This document shows positions 47,145 through 59,424 of a stretch of 64,000 bases of DNA, piece after piece; within the stretch, counting starts at the first letter, position 1, and every line of letters begins with the position of its first letter. Below the pieces are notes generated by a model, which was not told the DNA's origin, ran no database searches, and saw only the letters and a program-made list of their open reading frames with translations. A program made the position numbers and the translations under genes. This stretch comes from Takakia lepidozioides (taxonomy: Eukaryota; Plantae; Bryophyta): NCBI GenBank assembly GCA_030704615.1, contig CM060734.1, positions 42,222,001 through 42,286,000 on the forward strand, in the 5' to 3' direction.

Positions 47145-49475
47145 TCAATAAGCTGCAGCATCCTGTGGATCCAATTTGAGAAGGCATTTTGCCGCATGTT
47201 CTGCTAGCTCTATATCATCATAATATCTGCAGGCACCAAGCAAGGTCCTCCACACCAAATCGTCTGGTTCAATTGGCATGTTGCAAATGAAGTCCTCTGC
47301 CTTACCCAATTGGCCTGCGCGGCCAAGAAGGTCTACCATGCAGCCAAAATGCTCCACTGTAGGACTGAGACCATGATCTACACTAATGGAGTTGAAGTAG
47401 TGACAGCCCTCATCCACTAGGCCCACACAGCTACATGCAGAGATAACAGATGTAAAGGTGATGACGTTTGGTTTCAAGCCTTCCTGTTGCATCTGTTCAA
47501 ATAGTTCCAGGGCTTCCCTCGCACACCCATGCTGACAATATCCTGCAATCATCACATTCCAAGAGACCACATTTCGTTCAGCCATATTCTCAAACACTTG
47601 GTGTGCATCATTCATGCTTCCACATTTTGCATACATATCAGTAAGGGCAGTCTCCAGAATGATATCAGGCGCAATTCCAGCTTTGATGATGTTGGCATGG
47701 ACCACTTTGCCTTTTCCCAGGGCCGCCAGGCTTGCACACGCGTTAAGAACACAAATGAATGTGACCCGGTCAGGTGTCATAGCTGCCTGCATCATTTCCT
47801 CATAGGTCTCAAAAGCCTCCCTGCCACGCCCATGCTGAGAATATCCTGCGATCATCGCATTCCATGAAATCACATTTCGTTCAGCCATTTTATGAAATAC
47901 TTGCTGTGCATCCTCCATGCTCCCACATTTAGCATACATGCTGACAAGAGTATTCTCCAAATTTATGTATGACTGAATTCCAGCTTTGGTGATGTCAGCA
48001 TGGACCTCTTTGCCCTTTTCCAGGGCTGCCAAACTGGCACAAGCATTAAGAACACAAATGAAAGTGACCTTGTCAGGTGTCCCCCCTTCCTGTCTCATTT
48101 CCTGATAAGTCCTCAAAGCAGCTATATCACACCCATGCTGAGAATATCCCCTGATCAACACATTCCATGAGACCACATTCCTCTTTGCCATGTTGTCAAA
48201 CACTTGACGTGCATCCTCTGTGCTCCCACATTTGGCATACATGTCAACAAGGGTATTCTCCAACTTCATAGAAGAAGCGATTCCAGATCTAATGATGTCA
48301 GCGTGCACCCATTTGCCCTTTTCCAGGGTTCGCAGGCTTGCACACGCATGCAGCATACAAATGAACGTGACCTTGTCAGGCATCACCCCTTCCTGTCTCA
48401 TTTCCTCATACATCTCTAAAGCCTCCCTTCCACACTCATTTTTTGAATATCCTGCAATCATCACATTCCATGAGACAGCATTTCGTGCCGACATAGTGGT
48501 GAACACTTGATGTGCATCTTTCATGCTCCCACATTTGGCATACATGTCAGCAACGGTATTCTCCAAATTCACATCTGGTGCAATTCCAGCTTCGATGATG
48601 TCAGCATGGACCTTTTTGCCCTGTTCCAGAGCTGCCAGGCTGGCACATGCATTGAGGACACAAATGAAAGTGACCTTGCTGGGCATCACCCCTTGTCGTA
48701 TCATTTGCTGATACAAGTTTAAAGCCTCCATACCAGACCCATGCTGAGCATATCCTGCGATCATTGCAGTCCATGAGACCACATCTTTTTGAGGCATATT
48801 GTCAAACACTTGACGTGCATCTTTCATGTTCCCACATTTGGCATACATGGTAGCTAGGGCAGTCTGGAGGATGACATCTGCTCTAATGCCAGCTTTGATG
48901 ATCTCATCATGGACCTCTTTGCCTTTCTGTAGGGCTCCCAGGATGCAACACACCTTGAGAATGCAAATGAATGTGACAGTGTTGGGTGTCACCCCTTCCA
49001 GTAACATTTGCTTATAGATCTCGAAGGCCTCCTTATGAGACCCATGCTTGGCATATCCTGTCAACAATATATTCCACGTGAACACATCTCGTTCAGGCAT
49101 TTTGAGAAACAGTAGGCGTGCATCCACCACACTACCACACTTGACATACATGTTGACAATGCTGTTGAGTAAGAAAACGTTTGGCTTGAATCTACTTCTA
49201 ATAATGTGGGCATGCACCTGCTTTCCCTCTGCCAGGCCTCTTGTCTTGATGCATTCCTGTAAGAGACAGAGATAAGTATGGGAGTCTAGAAAAATGCCTC
49301 CTTGATTCAAAATGTGCAGAGCCTCTTTCAATTGTCCTGCCTTGCATAGTGTCCGCACATCCCCATGAATGCAAGAACCGTTCTTATTGACTTTCTCTCT
49401 TGCTCCTCTTTCTAAACTGATGGTCATGGCAGACGTCCCTGATTCAAACAGCTGTGCCCCATGCAACCCTGCCAT
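47145..49475 (-). CDS. PLS-class PPR protein (about 21 motifs: 6 PLS + P2L2S2, then E1; truncated in E2)
   Basis: 776-aa uninterrupted ORF with 101-aa PLS periodicity. True start uncertain: a phase-1 acceptor GGCAG|GGTTG lies just inside the first ATG. Confidence 0.9.
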   Translation of the reverse strand: MAGLHGAQLFESGTSAMTISLERGAREKVNKNGSCIHGDVRTLCKAGQLKEALHILNQGGIFLDSHTYLCLLQECIKTRGLAEGKQVHAHIIRSRFKPNVFLLNSIVNMYVKCGSVVDARLLFLKMPERDVFTWNILLTGYAKHGSHKEAFEIYKQMLLEGVTPNTVTFICILKVCCILGALQKGKEVHDEIIKAGIRADVILQTALATMYAKCGNMKDARQVFDNMPQKDVVSWTAMIAGYAQHGSGMEALNLYQQMIRQGVMPSKVTFICVLNACASLAALEQGKKVHADIIEAGIAPDVNLENTVADMYAKCGSMKDAHQVFTTMSARNAVSWNVMIAGYSKNECGREALEMYEEMRQEGVMPDKVTFICMLHACASLRTLEKGKWVHADIIRSGIASSMKLENTLVDMYAKCGSTEDARQVFDNMAKRNVVSWNVLIRGYSQHGCDIAALRTYQEMRQEGGTPDKVTFICVLNACASLAALEKGKEVHADITKAGIQSYINLENTLVSMYAKCGSMEDAQQVFHKMAERNVISWNAMIAGYSQHGRGREAFETYEEMMQAAMTPDRVTFICVLNACASLAALGKGKVVHANIIKAGIAPDIILETALTDMYAKCGSMNDAHQVFENMAERNVVSWNVMIAGYCQHGCAREALELFEQMQQEGLKPNVITFTSVISACSCVGLVDEGCHYFNSISVDHGLSPTVEHFGCMVDLLGRAGQLGKAEDFICNMPIEPDDLVWRTLLGACRYYDDIELAEHAAKCLLKLDPQDAAAY

Positions 49476-50484
49476 CCAGCCTCAGAATGATTGGAAACTG
49501 TTGTTAGCCAAATGCCTTGGTTGTAATTGTCTGCGCATGGTAGAATAGCATTGAAATGGTAAAAATACCAACTGGAGAATAGGCACATGCACAGATTTAC
49601 AACTACATGAAACAGCCAATGAGTGTACATGAACTACAGGCGTTCACAATTAATGTAGACTCGCATTATTGATGGCACCTGCATTCAACATGTGCAACAT
49701 GATTACCTAAGGGTGGCCTTGCCATTGGTAGCGAAGAACAGGAGTCGTGATTCAAAATATTCCATCAGGACATCTCAGCCTCTGTCCTTGTGCTCCAGCA
49801 TTGCATCTCTAATGCTGCCCTGCGGTCTCAGCAGGCTGCCCATCACATCACTAATGTCAGCCTGCAACTTTCCAGTAAGCTCTCTCGAACAATTACATCT
49901 CTCCTCGCCACATCTCTCTATTCAATTCAAGTGTCAAAATCTCTCCCAGCAAGGAAAATCCTTGTGGTGGAAACAACACAAGTCCTTTCACTGCCTACTT
50001 CACATAGCACATGGCAGAGCTTTGGGTAACGCAGAAAGCCAGTTGGCCATGCAAACCAAAAGCTCAAAGGTCCACTTCTCCGAATTCTGTAAGTTAACAC
50101 GCAATTGGGTGGTGAATTATCTTTCCAAAACAAGAAAAATAATGGAAGCCAATACGGAGTGCGAGCTCTGGATCAAACGCAGCTGCATGCCATATGAGAT
50201 TCAGAACAAGAACAGAGGAACATCCAGCGCAGGGCACAAAACCCACTTCCAAAACACTCGGGGATCTCACGAGAGAGACAGTCTCGTTGCTGCTCCTGCT
50301 TTCTCAAACCTTCATCTTTTCTGTACTAAGAATACTTTAAAATTTGAACATAAAGTGTATTAAAATAATTGTCATGATATAGGTCGTCTTCTCCATCGCG
50401 CCCTAACATTCACACCTCCCCAAGTTTATGGACCCACAGAATCGAAGCGTTGAAAGCACTGGAGATCTCTAATACTTAGTCAGG

Positions 50485-53400
50485 ATGCCAGGAGGGGCAA
50501 GAGAGGTGGCGGAGAGCTGTGTGGACAGCATCAACATGGAGCTGGTGAACACCTACTGCCAGCGCCTGCATCCCACCAAGCCTGAACTTGCGGCCCGCCG
50601 TATCGAAGCCATTGGATATCAGGTTGGCCTACAGTTAGCTGAACGGTAATGCCTCTCTCTGTCTCTATTTCTATCTCTTTTCGTACTACAGAAATTTATG
50701 TGATATGTGGGTTAGCTGGAGACGCTGCAGTAGCAATGCTCTCAAGATCATGCTCTCCCAGTATGTTCTCAACGCTATCCCTCAAATGTCTAACCAACAG
50801 GCTTCGGATTTCCTCTTAGCAACATTCGAAACGACACTTGCCAACCCTGGATAGCTGGCGTACATCGTATTTTACTCACAGACTACTGGTTTTGAAGAAA
50901 ATTTTAGGGTTTCCGCCTTCAGCCTTCGCAGATTTGCATGATCGTTGCTGGAGATAATGAAAAGGAAACACATTTGAAGTCTTGGGTTTAATCCTTCTAC
51001 AGGAAGCGCCATACAAATTTTCTGAATTTACGAGTGGCCTCTTTTTCTCCAGCAAATCATATGCTTTGCAATTTTCCCTGGTGGAACATGAGGTTGTACC
51101 AACTGCTACAGTCACAGATAATTCTGGGGTTTTGAAAGTCCTGGATTACAGAAATCACACCTAACAGGTGTGAGTAGAGTATGGATTCCTTGAGATAAAA
51201 ATGTATGATACAGTCAGCTTATGTAGCACTAATTCAGACATTTCTGTGTTACTTTCTCAAGAGACAACATCTTAGTGATCTTAGTGATTCTTGCTCTCAG
51301 CTCAGTATGTCTTGTGCTCCATCATTGTCTTCCTTTCCTTGAGATTGAAAATGGACCCATTAGAAAAGGAATGTCTTTTTGATGGGGGTCAGGTCCAGAG
51401 GATGAAACAGGATTTTGCATCGTATGTATTAGCTACCACCTTCTTTGACATGTTGGACAAATGCTCTCAACTTGAATATACCGAGTCAAAGAGAATGCCT
51501 TGTATTGATTCCAACACCTGGCCGAATATGGTACAATTGCAAGCCAATTCTTCAGGTTTTCGACTTTGCAGGTCTGGGGAGTTGTTTGTCTCTGAATTGT
51601 TCATGTTAATAGAGTTGCTTGAAGAGATTATTTGAATCTCCTTTGGAAAAAGTTAAGAACTGTCTTCTGTTACATAAGTTTGTATGTAGCCTCTCAGGCT
51701 TTGGTCTATTCAAAATGATCAAGAACAAACCTTTTAAGTCGTCAGCAGGAAGCGTTTCTCCCTCTTATGTTAGTTCTCTCTCTCTTTGCCTCTCTCTCTG
51801 TTTCTTTCCATTTGTGTTCCGCTCAAACTGAGCACGGGGTCAATGGCCACAATGCTACGGTAAACAACGTCTTATGAGTACATTCTCTGTCTGTCTCTCA
51901 GCAAATCACACAGCAGATTGATGCTTGTGTGAAGGGATTTCTAGAGGATATCTGGAAAACTCCGATCAATTGTCTGTTCCAAGGCAAGTTATACTACCGG
52001 CTAATCAAGGTAAGTCACTCTACCGGAGTGAGCCCCTCGCAAAGGTGGTATCTGTTCAGTTTTGTTCCGCCCAAACTGGGTGTGGGGTCTACTGCCACAA
52101 GGCTACGGCAAACAACGTCTTATGAGTACATTCTCTCTGTCTCTCTTTACTGGGCTTGCACACACTTGTAAAGTACATTCAATTAAGTCCTGTACAACAG
52201 TCACCAGCTCTTATACCTCCCCACTGTCGTCATCAGTTCCCAACAGAGGGTGCAGCATACTGAGTTTGTGTCAGCACAGGACGACTCAGCCAAAACATAG
52301 TCTTTAAGTGTTCAACTCATAGAAACACCAGACAGAAAACCATAGAGAGAGAGAGAAAAAAAATCTACTCCTACGTCGTTTGCTATAGCCTTGTGGCCAT
52401 AGACCCCACACCCAGTTTGGGCAGAACAGACACTACCTTTGTAAGGTGCTCACTCCAGGACTTACCTTGATATAAAAAATAAGTTCAAGCTTTCCAGATT
52501 TCCTATAGAAAGCCTTCCACATAAGCATCAATCGATAATATTCTTTCTGAGTTCATGCCTCTTTTTGTTGTTTCATTTCCTTGAGGTTTTGTCCTGGTGC
52601 CTTTGTTTTCATCTGATATGCTCTTCTTTACCTTGGATGTGGGTATCTTTTAATCTCTGGTCACCTATCAGATGCGAGTGCAGAGTTTAGCAGGTTCTCA
52701 CATTAATATATTATGAGCAACTACCTTCAAGGCAGTCCATTCCTTTTTCTCTCACAAGCTGGTTTTTTATGGGAGGATGGGGTTTTGCTTGATCATGGTC
52801 TTGAAGGTATACAAAGGAGCGCCCACGCTTCGCAGATCATTTAGAAGCTATCAAGTTTATATGCAAGGATTTTTGGGCAGAGGTCTTCAAGAAGCAGATT
52901 GACAATCTCAAAACCAACCATCGGGTAAGCTCACTACGGATGCATAGTGCTCTTGCTCTCTTCCTCTGCATCTCTTGGAAACAGTGCTGAGCACTACAAT
53001 TTCAGTTTTGTGGGTATCCCAACTATTGAAAACCAAAGCTCCCTCTTGCTCCCAATATCATCTTCTCCAAATGGCTCAATTTAGAATCACTCTTGAGCAG
53101 ACTTACAAGTACATCATCTGACCAAGATGATCTTGATTCATGGGTCAAAAAAGATTGCAACAACAACTATGATATGATTCAAACTCCATCAGTTGTATCA
53201 TGCAATTATGTGCCGAGGGACAATCAGTGCCAATACCCATCATTTCCTTGGTCAAGTTAAATTGCAGTAGGTCAGCAAGGATCGCACACAAATCCAAATG
53301 AAGTAAGAAGTGTTGGGCCGCTATTGAGTATGACATCCTGGTAATCTTCTCTCTTTTTTCGACCTTCAGGAATAGCCCCTGCCAGAATTACAGATTCCTG

Positions 53401-54368
53401 GACTGATATGTAGCGGGGGCCTTTAGGGGGTGTTTGTATTGCAGGATAACCGCTTCAGATGGCTCACTCGAATCTCTGTAGATGCTGTCCCCCCTAATGG
53501 TGCCCAGACTGAGGCTTCTATCGCTGCAAATGCAGTTAGGGCTTCTCAAGCTGCTGGCCAGTACCTCTTATTTCCGTGTGGACTCATCCGGGGTGCCTTG
53601 ACAAATCTCGGGGTAGCATGTGCTGTCTCTGCTGAGGTTTCCACGCTTCCAGCCTGTAAGTTCCATAAACTCAGCTTTGACTGTCATGCGGAGGTTTGTC
53701 TCACTCATTAGTTGGGCTGTCTTAGCAGCCCTCATCTCAAGGTATTCAGTCTGAGCCCTCCTTTCTCTCTGAACCTTGGTACCATTTTCCTGGAAAATTG
53801 AAGACTTAGAGCTGCAGCCAACATGTAGAAGCTGATGTAGAAATTCCAGCTTGAGACAAACCTGTAGTGGAGTTTTGTAGATGAAGGTATTGGAGGATTT
53901 CGAGAGAAACTTGATGCTGCCCCAGTTGAATCGGCTATCACCATTCAGTGTAAGATATATATTTGGGAGCATTGATGGGGGTCTGCCTATCTGCATTGGT
54001 TCCTCAAGAAAATTGATGTCACACCTCAACAGCTTTCTTCAGTATGTCAGTAGCGTGCAACCATGGAGCCCAAACAAGAGTGAATTGAGTCCAACATCAA
54101 TGTGTTTGACTAATAATTGGTGGCTGGAACCAAGTACTTGTGGGATTGAGTCAAGCAAGTGCAGGGCAAGCAGAATGAGAGGTTGAGACTTGAGACATTA
54201 GAAGTTCTGGTGAGGCAATGCTAGTAGATGTCTTGGTTGGAATCAACTGGAACAAGGCACAAAAGTATACTGCTTGTCAAGGGGCAGAACCACAGCGTTG
54301 CTTGAGAGAAATTTGGATGCTTTGGTGTGGTGTCTGCAGGCTCATTTGTGGTTCGAATAAAGGTTTGA
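50485..54368 (+). CDS. TRS33: TRAPP complex subunit 6 (TRS33/TRAPPC6), 4 exons
   Basis: Exons 50485-50645, 52807-52924, 53427-53655, 54340-54368. [46 protein letters not shown]. Confidence 0.95.
51900..52147 (+). repeat. Dispersed retroposon-like repeat ending ATGAGTACATT(CT)n (representative copy)
   Basis: Full or partial copies also at ~36283, 37640, 51823, 52370-52535 (minus), 62668, 62888-63150 and 63812. Confidence 0.75.
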
Positions 54369-55643
54369 GAGCTCCAGCACCCCAGGCTGTAGGGAGTCCT
54401 GCTCACACTCAGCTCAATAACAGTGGACATTTTTGACATTTCCTGGCTGAGTACCTCTACACCAGCAGAGAGTTGGCAGTACCCTGAAAGGGAAGTTGTT
54501 CTTCTACTTTTGATGTACCGCAAATGAATTGTTTGAGCATAGTGAGTAAGACACAGCATCTCCTACCTTCCTGCTGTTGTGAATATACTTGCACAATCTG
54601 AGTGCCTCACTCTCTCCCCTTCTCGTTTTCTTCCGGCCCTTCGTCACTCTCACCCTTCCTATTCCCCTACAAAGGTCTGTAGTCTCGTAACTCCCGATCA
54701 CTAGGACTGTGAGTGATTGCTTTCTGCTCAATTGGAGAGTAAAGCATGAAAAAAACATGGGCCTGCTCATTTCAACTTAAAATAGTAACACTTGGTCTAT
54801 TGACCTAGCCTTGCTACTACAGTTGTAGAGCTCACTTAGATCTGTTGTCTTGGATAGGTTGAGCTGCCAATGTGAGGTTGAGTTGCAGTTATCCTTGTAT
54901 TTACCATACAACACCCTTGTTACTTGGGTTTGTTGGAATTGTACATTATCATTCATATGTAAGACCGTGACTGAAGTGTATTTTTCTCTCGCAGTGCACT
55001 GTTCATCTGTCGCACTAGTGGTCAGATCACCCTTCCATGGAAGGCCCAACGTAGTTGGCAACTGTGTGTGAAGGATGCTTATATTGGCATGGTCAATTCC
55101 AATTCTTGGGCGTGAATTCATGTGATCTGCCCCTTGTGTTGACTTGTGTCTGAACAAGCTTGCAAACATCATCTGACTAATCTGGAAGAGATCAAATACT
55201 TTTGTCTGGTGCAGCTGGAGAAACTTAGATAATTGAAGCACAGTTTTGAACAAATGTCAGAAAGGGATGTGTTGTAGCTATAAAGGAAAAATCCAGGTTC
55301 AAATCTTGTTGAACTTAAGAACGTTTTGGACCTTAGTTGATCACAGCCTTCCAAAAGACAATCATGAACAGCTTTTAAGTTCTGTCATATATATATCTAG
55401 TCACCACATTCTCCTCCGATATGTGTGAGTCTGGGGGCTGGCCGCCTTCGGAAAAAAATTATAACTGAATGGTTACACTATTTATACTGGATTGGGGAAG
55501 AGTCATACTTCTCAACTTCCTCCTGACTACACATTGCTGTTTTCTTAGAAAGAAAAATTATTAAAAAATATTTGCAACATGTGACAGTGATTGGCCGAGC
55601 TGAGGCCAATAGAATGAAGAATCCATTGAATCTATAGATTTAA

Positions 55644-56340
55644 CCCCTAAAGGACGTCGGGTCGTCACTTGCCACGCTCCAACTCCCATGGATGATAGTG
55701 GATGGAAGTGAACCTTGAAGATGAATGGTAGATGTCAGAGAGGAGCACATGTGGGAATTTACAGCGCCAAAAAATCATAAAAGCTCTGCTCCCTAGAATT
55801 TTGCAAAGTGCCAGGGTTTCATGAAATCCAGTGTTAGAGCACCATTGACCTGCCTACGTGGCAGTCAAATGGGCAATGTTCAAGATAACATCTAGGGCGG
55901 AAAATTTATCATAATGCCAAAATTTTTGGACAAAGCACCATGAAATGTTAGTGTGCACTTACTTACCAGAGGAATTGGAAAACAAATGTCACCTCGTGGG
56001 TGTACTTGGGAAAGAAGCCAAAACAAGATGTTTTACCCCCCAGATTTCACATACAAAGCAGCCCCCCATATTTTTGGCACCAAACTTGCATGGTCAAAGC
56101 AAATTTTCCTCTCTTTTTTTGTTCATGGTTTCAACTTGGCCAATTTTCTTTTGTTATAATCTACTAAATGGAACGGTCAAAAGTGCTACAATTTTCTGAG
56201 GACCTTCATGTAGTAGGTAGGGATGAAATGGAACGGTGCATCCAGCTGGATGTAAGGGGGTTAGGAAGTTACAGCTCAGCAATGGAGGGTATGGCCCACT
56301 TTTGGGGAAAACTCCCAAAAGTTAGCTCGTCCTTTAGGGG
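55644..56340. mobile_element. piggyBac-like MITE (697 bp)
   Basis: Perfect 13-bp TIR CCCCTAAAGGACG / CGTCCTTTAGGGG, flanked by TTAA at 55640-55643 and 56341-56344. Confidence 0.85.
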
Positions 56341-56979
56341 TTAAATTGGTGAGTGGGTATATGAGGAAATTTGCTAGTGTGTGATGAAATTGATGATTGT
56401 TGGTTCAACCACAACCAACAGAGGGGATTAGACTGCACCCTCAACTTTGGGCACTTACATTACCCTTTGTTTTTCCTTTTTTTTCACAACATACTAGTTC
56501 TAAGAGCCTCTTTATAGAACTACTATAAACGTTTGTCCTGCTCCATACTTGCTTCACAAAAAATGCATAGGTACTCACACAAAGTGGTGCAACATGCTTC
56601 CAAACTATCAATACTTGTTTCATGAACACTTGCTTCCAAACTATCAATGGATGTCCTTTTCCCTCCAAGGACTTGTCCAGACATGGAAATGATAACCTTA
56701 TCCTTTGTTGCCATGTCTGACTGGAGCCTTAAAAGAGGTGTATCAGTTGATGAGTTGAATTTGTATCCGCAGGTAAAAAATAATGGATGTAGAATTTTCC
56801 TACAGTAAGGATCAACATGTCAGGGACTGTTGCTTGATAGCTATATATTTGCTTTTGGTTAGTTGAGTGGATGGTGCATTCCATTCAGTGCCTATGTTTT
56901 TCCCGACAAATCACGAGGTTCATGCTCATGCACGGAGACCGGGGCAATCCCTGCCATAGGTATATTAAGTAGAGCATAC

Positions 56980-58000
56980 GTTAACTGACTTGACAGCTTT
57001 CAGTAGACTGAGAATCTCCCAAATTTCCAGAGCCTTCCTTGGTCACTTGTGGTTGCTGTAAGTTTGTCCTCTTCTTCAAATCCATTGTCCATATTCCTAC
57101 AGATTACAACAAGCCTCTTTGTCAGTAAGAGACCACCCTCCCTCTAGGTCCGATTTTGGAGCCTTGAACTTTGAGGGCAGGGTCCACGGATATAATTTTG
57201 CAGTGCCAATCAAAACCAAGCACAATTAAGTATGGACTGTAGGGTCTTGCGTCTCATGGATAATTTCCCATTGTCCCTTCCACTGTATTTGGCTGAGATC
57301 AGGGCCCATTGGTTGTGCTTCAACAAGAATGGTTGCTGTGCTCCTATGTATGAGCAAGGTTCACAAACATGAAAGAAAAACAACACAAAAGACAGAATCA
57401 GGTTTTATACCTGTACTTCCAGACTGCTGTATGGCCTGATAGACTAGCATGTCTTCTGAACTCAGGCCTTTGAATCTGAATGAGCCATCATCCAGGTTGG
57501 AGTCGAATGACAAACAACCATCTAGCTGCATGAGGGTAAATTACATCTAAATAAAGAGAGTCCAAGACATGATAGGTCCAGACTTCCTTCTGAGAACACC
57601 AAGGATCCCACAATCCAATCAATATGTTAAAACAATCCCTCAGACAATCACCCTAGAACAAAAAACTCACTTAGCAGCCATCTCAATGATTTGCTCTTAA
57701 CGAGTCCCCTGCAACAGTTGCAACTTTGCCTGCAATCACATCAGGAAGCCTCTCAATAAGGAAACATATTTGACTCTTAGACCTGAAACCCGAGACTGCC
57801 AGACATATCAAATTTCTACTCTTGATATCACTTGCCCATTCCTCTGTAAAATACTTTCATAGGAACAGCTGTGAGCCTCCCACATGCCCACCTTTTGAAG
57901 CAGAAAGTTGGTGGCTTGCTTCATCATCTTCACTTCCACCGTCAGCTCTTCATCCAGCACCTTTTGCTTTCAATCCCTGGATGCATATCCACAACCGCCG
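56980..58000 (-). pseudogene. RPC34: RNA polymerase III subunit C34 (RPC6/POLR3F-like) pseudogene with introns
   Basis: Exons ~58000-57892, 57729-57671, 57475-57411, 57096-56980 splice to NFLLQK|AKLQLL..AAK|FKGLSSEDMLVYQAIQQSGSTG|IWTMDLKKRTNLQQPQVTK..LLKAVKSVN. Frameshifts present; later exons not found. Confidence 0.8.
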
Positions 58001-59424
58001 ATCATCATTTCCTTACCTACCTCTCAAACACATGTGCCTCCTCCATACAGGGTAGAGTCAACCCTCTCATGAAGCCTTCTCACATTTGAAAGAAATTTAT
58101 AACATTCCCGAAATAAGCTGTTACCTAAGGGTGCGCACGACAGAGGTCAAGTATGCGATTGATTTGAGTCCCCAGCCCTGAAGCCATTGGGCCTGCTGGT
58201 CGAATTGCTCCAACCCTCTCTCAATCAGAAATTCCTGAGGTGTACCATAGCCACCATCATCACATCACAGTTGTAGAGCAATCCTCAACTGCTGCAAACT
58301 AAGAGGGACATCCTGCTAACAGTTTCTGCACTGGCTGAAAGCATAATGTGGAATCATCTTACCACTTTCATTCCATACTCAGTGAATTACTCAGTAAATT
58401 GCTAAGTCATGCAGGTGCTCCCAATGACACCCCTCTCTGTGTTTTGCCACACGCGCATTTCCCTGAAATCTAAAGACAGTGGGTGGGTAGGTGATTGCTT
58501 TGAGGTCAACCGATTGAGAGCTACATAGCTCAATCCTGCTACAACGGAGCACGGGGTAAGAGGGGCAGGGTTTTGGAGATAAGGTTTCACTTGTGTTCAT
58601 CAACATTCCTAAATGCCCAAGCCTAAGTCATTTTCGGCCAAACTGAAAAAAAAAAAAAAAAAAACTGAACCTTTAGTCGCGGACAAGCCAATATTGGCAA
58701 CATAATGAAAAGGTTTACTCTCATAGTAAAATTGAGATCTCGTGAAGCTTGAAGAGAGAAGAGCACAGAGTTGTGCACAGAATCCTTCAGGTCCTTCAAT
58801 TGTTTTGTGAGCCGAAATACTTGACTAGAGAAAGCCAGACACGAACTGGAGTTGCAAGAAGTGTAGCTTGGCTCTAGGTTGTCAAACACCCTTGAGGGCA
58901 TGATCACGGCGAGATACTAAACATCTTGGAGCTGATCAAGTATATGAAGATAACATGGCATGAAACCAAAAGTTGTCAAAGCGTGGTGTGCACAGGTCCA
59001 CAATCCTATTACAGGTAATTGGGGTCTGATTTAAGGTGTTGCATAGACAAGACACACTGTGCGGGGCAGGGTAAGAAGAAAACGTACTCGGAAACACCAT
59101 GCTTGTCTTATCCTTGTGTGGGTGTGTAAGAGAGAGAGAGATTATCCCTACTGCATGATCCGACAGAGTGCTCTTCCTTTCAATAGTTATTGCCCTGCCA
59201 TTCATGGTAACAACACCAAGAAGCTGCATGCATTTGTTGTTCATTGGAAAGAGCCTTCGTTCAATGGAACCTGTGGAAGACAAGCCAAAGCACAAGACAA
59301 TTAAGTAAAAAGGTTGGCTGATGACCAATAATATCTTGCACCTAACTTTTCCTGGCATTAGCCACGAAGAACAGAGAAAAATACTGCAGAGAAGGAAGAA
59401 CGCACAGGTCAACATTTTGTGAAG

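Noticed and set aside
47529-49275. Plus-strand ORFs over the PPR gene (similarly over TAF8)
   Set aside because: Antisense shadows of real coding sequence.
49692-50363. 223-aa plus-strand ORF
   Set aside because: Non-ATG start, no domain features, and antisense to the PPR gene 5' region.
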